From Bdellovibrionales bacterium (lineage in GTDB: Bacteria > Bdellovibrionota > Bdellovibrionia > Bdellovibrionales > UBA1609), in contig JBFWVI010000037.1 in the NCBI GenBank assembly GCA_050246815.1, forward strand, positions 1-20,503: a stretch of 20,503 bases of DNA, read 5' to 3'. Below are positions 15,018 through 20,503 of this stretch, piece after piece (position 1 is the stretch's first letter; each line of letters opens with the position of its first letter). The translations under genes and the position numbers were made by a program. Under the pieces are notes generated by a model. The model did not search any database and was not told the DNA's origin. It saw only the letters and a list, made by a program, of their open reading frames with translations.

Positions 15018-17501
15018 ATGGCCTATCCACACAATGAAATCGATGCCAAATGGCAAAGCCTTTGGGCGAAAGCCAATTGCTTTAAAACGGGCGAGGATCC
15101 ATCGCGTCCGAAGTATTACGCCTTGGATATGTTTCCCTACCCATCTGGCGCCGGCCTGCATGTGGGACACTTGGCCTCTTACACTCCCACCGACGTGATT
15201 TCACGATACAAAAGGGCTAAGGGTTTCAATGTTTTACATCCCATGGGTTATGACGCCTTTGGTTTGCCGGCTGAACAATACGCCATTCAAACGGGCATTC
15301 ACCCGGCCGAAACCACTCGTAAAGCCATCGAAAACTTTCGCCGCCAGCTGCAGTCGTTTGGCTACAGCTTCGATTGGGGGCGTGAAGTTTCGACTTGTGA
15401 ACCCGATTACTACCGCTGGACCCAGTTTATTTTCTTAGAGCTGTTCAAACGCGGCTTGGCCTATCAAAAAGAAGTGCCGGTGAACTGGTGTCCCGCTTTA
15501 AAAACCGTCTTGGCCAACGAAGAAGTGGTCGACGGCAAAAGCGAGCGCGGTGGTCACCCGGTCGAACGCAAACCCATGAAACAATGGATGCTGAAAATCA
15601 CGGATTATGCCGAGCGGTTGCTTCAGGACTTGGACAAACTGGATTGGCCCGAGCGCACCAAAGAGGGGCAGCGCTACTGGATTGGCAAATCTGAGGGTGC
15701 TCGTGCCTTTTTCGCCCTTGAGGGCCATCAAGAAAAATTAGAGATCTTCACCACCCGCCCCGACACCATCTTTGGCGTCAGCTTTATGGTTTTGGCGCCA
15801 GAGCATCCCTTGGTCGGCCAAATTACCACCTCCCCGCAAAGAGCCAATGTCGAAGCCTATCAAAAAGCCACGGCCAGCAAATTGGAAGTGGACCGCAAAG
15901 CCGACACTAAAAAAACCGGCGTGTTTACAGGTGCGTACGCTTTAAACCCTTTGATGAGTGACCGCGACCCCAAGGCCCGCATCCCAGTGTGGATCGCCGA
16001 TTACGTGCTGATGGACTATGGCACCGGCGCGATCATGGCGGTGCCAGGCCACGACGCTCGCGATTTTGAATTCGCAAAGCAGTTTGATTTACCCATCGTT
16101 CGAGTGGTTGCCGCGCTTCCACCCCAAGCTCAAAGCCCGGGGGATTCGCCAACCCGACCACCCGTCTCAGCATCCGCATCCCCGCAAAGTCTTACAGATG
16201 ATCACTTGCCCTTTGAAGGCGAGGGCCAAGCGGTGAATTCGGACTTCTTGAATGGCCTAAGCAAAACCCAAGCCGTCCGTCGTGCAATTGAAGAACTTGA
16301 AAAACGCGGCCTTGGCGAGCGTAAAGTCACTTACAAATTGCGCGATTGGCTGTTCAGCCGTCAGCGCTATTGGGGAGAACCTTTTCCGATCATTCATGGC
16401 GACAAAGGCCCCGAAGGGGTGCCGGCCGATGAATTGCCGGTGGTCTTGCCTCAAGTGGCCGATTACGAGCCCACCGACGCGGGCGAACCACCGTTGGCTC
16501 GAGTGAAAGAGTTCGTCGCCTACAAAAACGGCAAGCGCCGCGAGACCGACACCATGCCAGGCTCGGCCGGTTCTTCTTGGTACTTCTTGCGCTACATCGA
16601 TCCCAAAAACGACAAAGCCCCAGTGGATTTTAACAAGCAAAAGTACTGGATGCCGGTGGATCTTTACGTGGGCGGCGCCGAGCACACTGTGGGCCATTTG
16701 CTCTACGCCCGTTTTTGGCAAAAGGTGATGTTTGACGCCGGCCTGGTTTCGCATGATGAACCCTTTCAAAAACTGGCACACCAAGGCGTGATCATGGGAC
16801 CTGATGGCCAGCGCATGTCGAAATCACGCGGCAACGTGGTCAACCCCGATGAAGTGCGTGACGCGTTTGGCGCTGATGCCCTTCGCATGTACATTTGCTT
16901 TCTTGGCCCCTTCGACAAAGACAAACCCTGGCAAAGCACCGGGATCGAAGGCATTCGTCGCTTTTTAGAGCGTCTGTGGCGACTGACCGTCAATGAACAA
17001 GGTCAAACTCAGGCCACAGATGAGGCCTTGCCTGCCGACGCTGAAAAGTTACTGCATAAAACCATCAAAAAAGTCGGCGAAGATATTGAAAATATGAGCT
17101 TCAACACGGCGATCAGCGCCATGATGATCATGGTCAACGAGCTTTATAAGCACAATTGCCGCTCCAAAAAGGCTTTGGCCCCCTTGAGCCAGCTTTTAAT
17201 GCCTTTCGGCCCCCACTTGGCCGAAGAACTTTGGAACCGCATGGGGCAACCGGGATTGGTGTCGGTGGCTCCGTGGCCGACCTACAACCCCTCCCTGGTG
17301 AAAGATGATGTGATCACCATGGCGGTTCAGGTGAACGGCAAAACCCGTGGCACCGTGGATTTGGCCCCGGATGCGGATGAAAGCACCGCGCTATCAGCGG
17401 CGCAGGCCGTCACAGCCGTGAAAAATGCACTCGGTGGAAATCCTCCCGTGAAGGTCATTTATAAACCTGGCAAGATTTTAAACTTAATTGCCAAAGGATA
17501 A
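15018..17501 (+). CDS. leuS: Leucine--tRNA ligase
   Basis: MFPYPSGAGLHVGH (HIGH), FTTRPDT and GTGAIMAVPGHD (CP1 editing domain), RDWLFSRQRYWG, RMSKSRGN (KMSKS variant) and VQVNGK. Confidence 0.98.
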   Translation: MAYPHNEIDAKWQSLWAKANCFKTGEDPSRPKYYALDMFPYPSGAGLHVGHLASYTPTDVISRYKRAKGFNVLHPMGYDAFGLPAEQYAIQTGIHPAETTRKAIENFRRQLQSFGYSFDWGREVSTCEPDYYRWTQFIFLELFKRGLAYQKEVPVNWCPALKTVLANEEVVDGKSERGGHPVERKPMKQWMLKITDYAERLLQDLDKLDWPERTKEGQRYWIGKSEGARAFFALEGHQEKLEIFTTRPDTIFGVSFMVLAPEHPLVGQITTSPQRANVEAYQKATASKLEVDRKADTKKTGVFTGAYALNPLMSDRDPKARIPVWIADYVLMDYGTGAIMAVPGHDARDFEFAKQFDLPIVRVVAALPPQAQSPGDSPTRPPVSASASPQSLTDDHLPFEGEGQAVNSDFLNGLSKTQAVRRAIEELEKRGLGERKVTYKLRDWLFSRQRYWGEPFPIIHGDKGPEGVPADELPVVLPQVADYEPTDAGEPPLARVKEFVAYKNGKRRETDTMPGSAGSSWYFLRYIDPKNDKAPVDFNKQKYWMPVDLYVGGAEHTVGHLLYARFWQKVMFDAGLVSHDEPFQKLAHQGVIMGPDGQRMSKSRGNVVNPDEVRDAFGADALRMYICFLGPFDKDKPWQSTGIEGIRRFLERLWRLTVNEQGQTQATDEALPADAEKLLHKTIKKVGEDIENMSFNTAISAMMIMVNELYKHNCRSKKALAPLSQLLMPFGPHLAEELWNRMGQPGLVSVAPWPTYNPSLVKDDVITMAVQVNGKTRGTVDLAPDADESTALSAAQAVTAVKNALGGNPPVKVIYKPGKILNLIAKG

Positions 17502-17507
17502 AAAGGA

Positions 17508-19481
17508 ATGGAAATCGTGCGCGAACAGCAACGCCTGGCCAACGGCCAAATCCCGATCATCGACAAACACAACGACGAAGAGTGGAACAGCAAAAAAAGC
17601 GCCGAACTTTACGGCATCAATTACTGGGGCTCACAATATTTCCGCATCAATGAAAAGGGAAATGTGGAGGTCACCCCCGCAGGCCCCAATGCACCGGCCC
17701 TGGATTTGATGAACCTGGTTGAGGATTTGCGCGAGCGAGGCATTCGGGTGCCAATTTTATTGCGCTTTCCCGATATTGTCCGCTCACGCATTGAGCTTTT
17801 GAACAAGTGCTTCGCACGCGCGGTCGAAGACAATCGCTACTCGGGAAAATACTGCGGCGTTTATCCGATCAAGGTGAACCAACAACGCCACTTGGTCGAA
17901 GAGATCGTGGAATTTGGCCAAACCCACGGCGTAGGCCTTGAAGCTGGCAGCAAACCCGAATTGATGATCTGTCTTGCCATGATGGACACCAAAGGTGCCT
18001 TGATTATCTGCAATGGCTTTAAAGATGAAGACTACATTGAAATGGCTTTGATTTCACAAAAGCTCGGCCGCAACACCATAATCGTGGTGGATCGCTATAG
18101 CGAACTGAAAACCATCATCGATGCAGGAAAACGTTTGGGCATCAGCCCCAAAATTGGTTTCCGTACCAAACTGAACACTCCTTCCGCTGGTCGTTGGGCA
18201 GAAACGGCAGGAGCCAAATCGAAGTTTGGGCTGACGCCGTCAGAAATCGTGCGTGGCATAGAATACTTAAAGGCCGAAAACGCCTTGGCTTGTTTGGAAC
18301 TGCTGCACTTCCATGTGGGTTCGCAAGTGCCCTCGATCCAATCGATCAAAGCGGCCATCAAAGAAGGCGCACGTGTTTACACCGAACTTTATGCCATGGG
18401 CGCGACGCTGAAGTACATCGACGTCGGCGGCGGCCTTGGCATTGACTATGACGGATCGGGTAAAAGCGACAGCTCGACCAACTACTCCGAACAAGAGTAC
18501 GCCAACGACATCGTTTCAACCCTTCAATCCATCTGCGATGAAAAACGCGTTCCGCATCCGAACATCGTGACTGAATCGGGCCGCGCTTTGGTGGCGCACA
18601 GCTCGTTGTTGGTGTTTGATGTCTTGGGCGCCAACGAAGTGCAAATCCGCGACGCCGTTTGCCCCGACATGGACAAAGACACCCGCCTGGTGCAAGACCT
18701 TTGGGATATCTACAAAAGCGTCACCAAAGAAAACATCAACGAATACTACAACGATCTGATCGAAAAACGCCGCGACACCTTACAGCTATTTACCTATGGC
18801 GTGCTAAGCCTTGAACAGCGCGCCAAAGCCGAAGATTTGTTCTGGGCCATTTCAACCAAAATGATGGCCCTGGCAAAGCAGAACAAAGACGCGGAAGACA
18901 TCTATTACGCCTTAGAACAAGAGCTGTCGGACACTTACTTCTGCAATTTCTCGGTGTTCCAATCGCTGCCGGACTCTTGGGCCCTGGGCCAGGTGTTTCC
19001 GGTGATCCCGATTCAACGCTTGAACGAAAAGCCCGCCCGCCGCGCCACTTTGGTGGATTTAACCTGTGATTCTGACGGTCATGTGGAGCGCTTTATCGAT
19101 GCCGACACTGGCGGCGAACAAAAGTACATCGAAGTGCATGCGCTGATCCCAAGCCAACCCTATTACATGGGCGTGTTTATCGCCGGCGCTTACCAAGAAA
19201 TCCTGGGCGATATGCACAATCTGTTTGGTGACACTGACGCCGTGCACGTGTCGCTGACCGAGCATGGCACCTACAACATCGAACACGTGGTCGAAGGCGA
19301 TTCGGTCCGTGACGTACTGGCTTACGTGGAATACCAAAAATCCGAGCTTTTAGAGCGCGTGCGCAAAGCTTCAGAGCATGGCATTTCAGGCGGCACCATT
19401 TCACGTTCAGAAGCCCGCCTGCTTCTTGAACTGTATGAAAAAGGCCTGAACGCTTACACTTATTTACGTGAGAATATTTAA
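17508..19481 (+). CDS. speA: Biosynthetic arginine decarboxylase
   Basis: YPIKVNQ (PLP Lys), GLEAGSKPEL, CNGFKD, SKFGL, HFHVGSQ, DVGGGLGIDYDG, NFSVFQSLPDSW, TCDSDG and GAYQEILG. Confidence 0.97.
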   Translation: MEIVREQQRLANGQIPIIDKHNDEEWNSKKSAELYGINYWGSQYFRINEKGNVEVTPAGPNAPALDLMNLVEDLRERGIRVPILLRFPDIVRSRIELLNKCFARAVEDNRYSGKYCGVYPIKVNQQRHLVEEIVEFGQTHGVGLEAGSKPELMICLAMMDTKGALIICNGFKDEDYIEMALISQKLGRNTIIVVDRYSELKTIIDAGKRLGISPKIGFRTKLNTPSAGRWAETAGAKSKFGLTPSEIVRGIEYLKAENALACLELLHFHVGSQVPSIQSIKAAIKEGARVYTELYAMGATLKYIDVGGGLGIDYDGSGKSDSSTNYSEQEYANDIVSTLQSICDEKRVPHPNIVTESGRALVAHSSLLVFDVLGANEVQIRDAVCPDMDKDTRLVQDLWDIYKSVTKENINEYYNDLIEKRRDTLQLFTYGVLSLEQRAKAEDLFWAISTKMMALAKQNKDAEDIYYALEQELSDTYFCNFSVFQSLPDSWALGQVFPVIPIQRLNEKPARRATLVDLTCDSDGHVERFIDADTGGEQKYIEVHALIPSQPYYMGVFIAGAYQEILGDMHNLFGDTDAVHVSLTEHGTYNIEHVVEGDSVRDVLAYVEYQKSELLERVRKASEHGISGGTISRSEARLLLELYEKGLNAYTYLRENI

Positions 19482-19530
19482 TCGTTTGAGATCGTTATTA
19501 ACTGGCCCTAGCGGCCGAAGGATTGAAACC

Positions 19531-20496
19531 ATGGGACCGATCACTCAGTTTGTGAAACACCACTACCGCCACTTCAACGCCGCCGCTTTAGTCGACGCCG
19601 CCGCCGGCTATAAAGAACACCTGGAAAAGGGCGGCAAAATGATGGTGACCTTGGCCGGCGCCATGAGCACGGCCGAGCTGGGTTTGTCATTGGCAGAAAT
19701 GATTCGCCAAGGAAAGATTCAAGCGATCTCGTGCACCGGCGCCAACTTAGAAGAAGACATTTTCAATCTGGTCGCTCACGAAGACTATGTCCGCATCCCC
19801 AACTACCGCGATTTGTCACCTGCGGATGAAATGAAGCTGTTGGACAAACACTTAAATCGTGTCACCGACACCTGCATCCCAGAAGAACAAGCCATTCGTC
19901 GCATTGAAAAACAAATCCTGCAAAAATGGACCGAAGCCTCGAAAAAAGGCGAAGGTTACTTTCCGCACGAATACTTCTACATGTTGATCCGCGAAGGTAT
20001 GCTGAAAGAGCATTATCAAATCGACCCCAAAAACTCTTGGATGGTCGCGGCGGCTGAAAAGAATTTACCGATTATCGTACCCGGCTGGGAAGACTCCACC
20101 CTCGGTAATATTTTTGCCGGCCACGTGATTGCAGGTGATTTGAAACGCTCGACAGTCAAAACCGGTATCGATTATATGATTGAGCTGGCCAACTGGTATC
20201 AAAAGAACGAATGCCCGCAAGGCATCGGCTTCTTCCAAATCGGTGGTGGCATTGCCGGTGACTTCCCGATCTGCGTGGTCCCCATGCTTGAACAAGACCT
20301 GCAGCGCAAAACCGCAAAATGGGCGTACTTCTGTCAAATCTCGGACTCGACCACCAGTTACGGCAGCTATTCAGGCGCCGTGCCCAACGAGAAAATCACT
20401 TGGGGCAAACTGGACGACACTTCTAAGAAGTTCATCGTTGAATCCGATGCTTCGATCGTGGCACCGTTGATCTTTGCTTATGTTTTAGGCTGGTAA
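19531..20496 (+). CDS. Deoxyhypusine synthase-like protein (SpeY-like; probable homospermidine pathway)
   Basis: TLAGAMSTAELG, TGANLEED, NRVTDTCIPEE, IGGG and SYSGAVPNEKITWGK (catalytic Lys motif). AAGGA RBS before ATG 19531. Confidence 0.92.
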   Translation: MGPITQFVKHHYRHFNAAALVDAAAGYKEHLEKGGKMMVTLAGAMSTAELGLSLAEMIRQGKIQAISCTGANLEEDIFNLVAHEDYVRIPNYRDLSPADEMKLLDKHLNRVTDTCIPEEQAIRRIEKQILQKWTEASKKGEGYFPHEYFYMLIREGMLKEHYQIDPKNSWMVAAAEKNLPIIVPGWEDSTLGNIFAGHVIAGDLKRSTVKTGIDYMIELANWYQKNECPQGIGFFQIGGGIAGDFPICVVPMLEQDLQRKTAKWAYFCQISDSTTSYGSYSGAVPNEKITWGKLDDTSKKFIVESDASIVAPLIFAYVLGW

Positions 20497-20503
20497 ACAG
20501 CAC

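Noticed and set aside
281..20470. The many 60-180 aa antisense or alternate-frame ORFs inside the called genes
   Set aside because: They are shadows of well-conserved genes and show no motifs of their own.

Overview
A 20.5 kb bacterial chromosomal window, probably Bdellovibrionota (inferred from gene content and protein style). Mostly housekeeping and redox genes: GST 3' end, secreted beta-carbonic anhydrase, lone receiver protein, trxB, 2Fe-2S ferredoxin, Tat-exported HiPIP, trmB, ggt, a REC-GGDEF/CDF/GATase operon, ptrB, a GFA-family protein, and a leuS-speA-deoxyhypusine-synthase-like operon. Main points of interest: (1) the GGDEF enzyme has the Asp->Ser 'Hypr' substitution that predicts 3',3'-cGAMP synthesis; (2) an unannotated, internally deleted four-helix-bundle-like gene remnant is bracketed by 7-bp tandem arrays; (3) a frameshifted RAYT-like HUH transposase with a broken HUH motif lies beside the same heptamer repeat and a three-way-junction hairpin; (4) two orphan secreted-protein genes, one kinase-fold-like, have correctly spaced sigma-54 promoter motifs; (5) speA plus a DHS-like gene suggests homospermidine synthesis. 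All family assignments come from motif recognition by eye; no searches were run.
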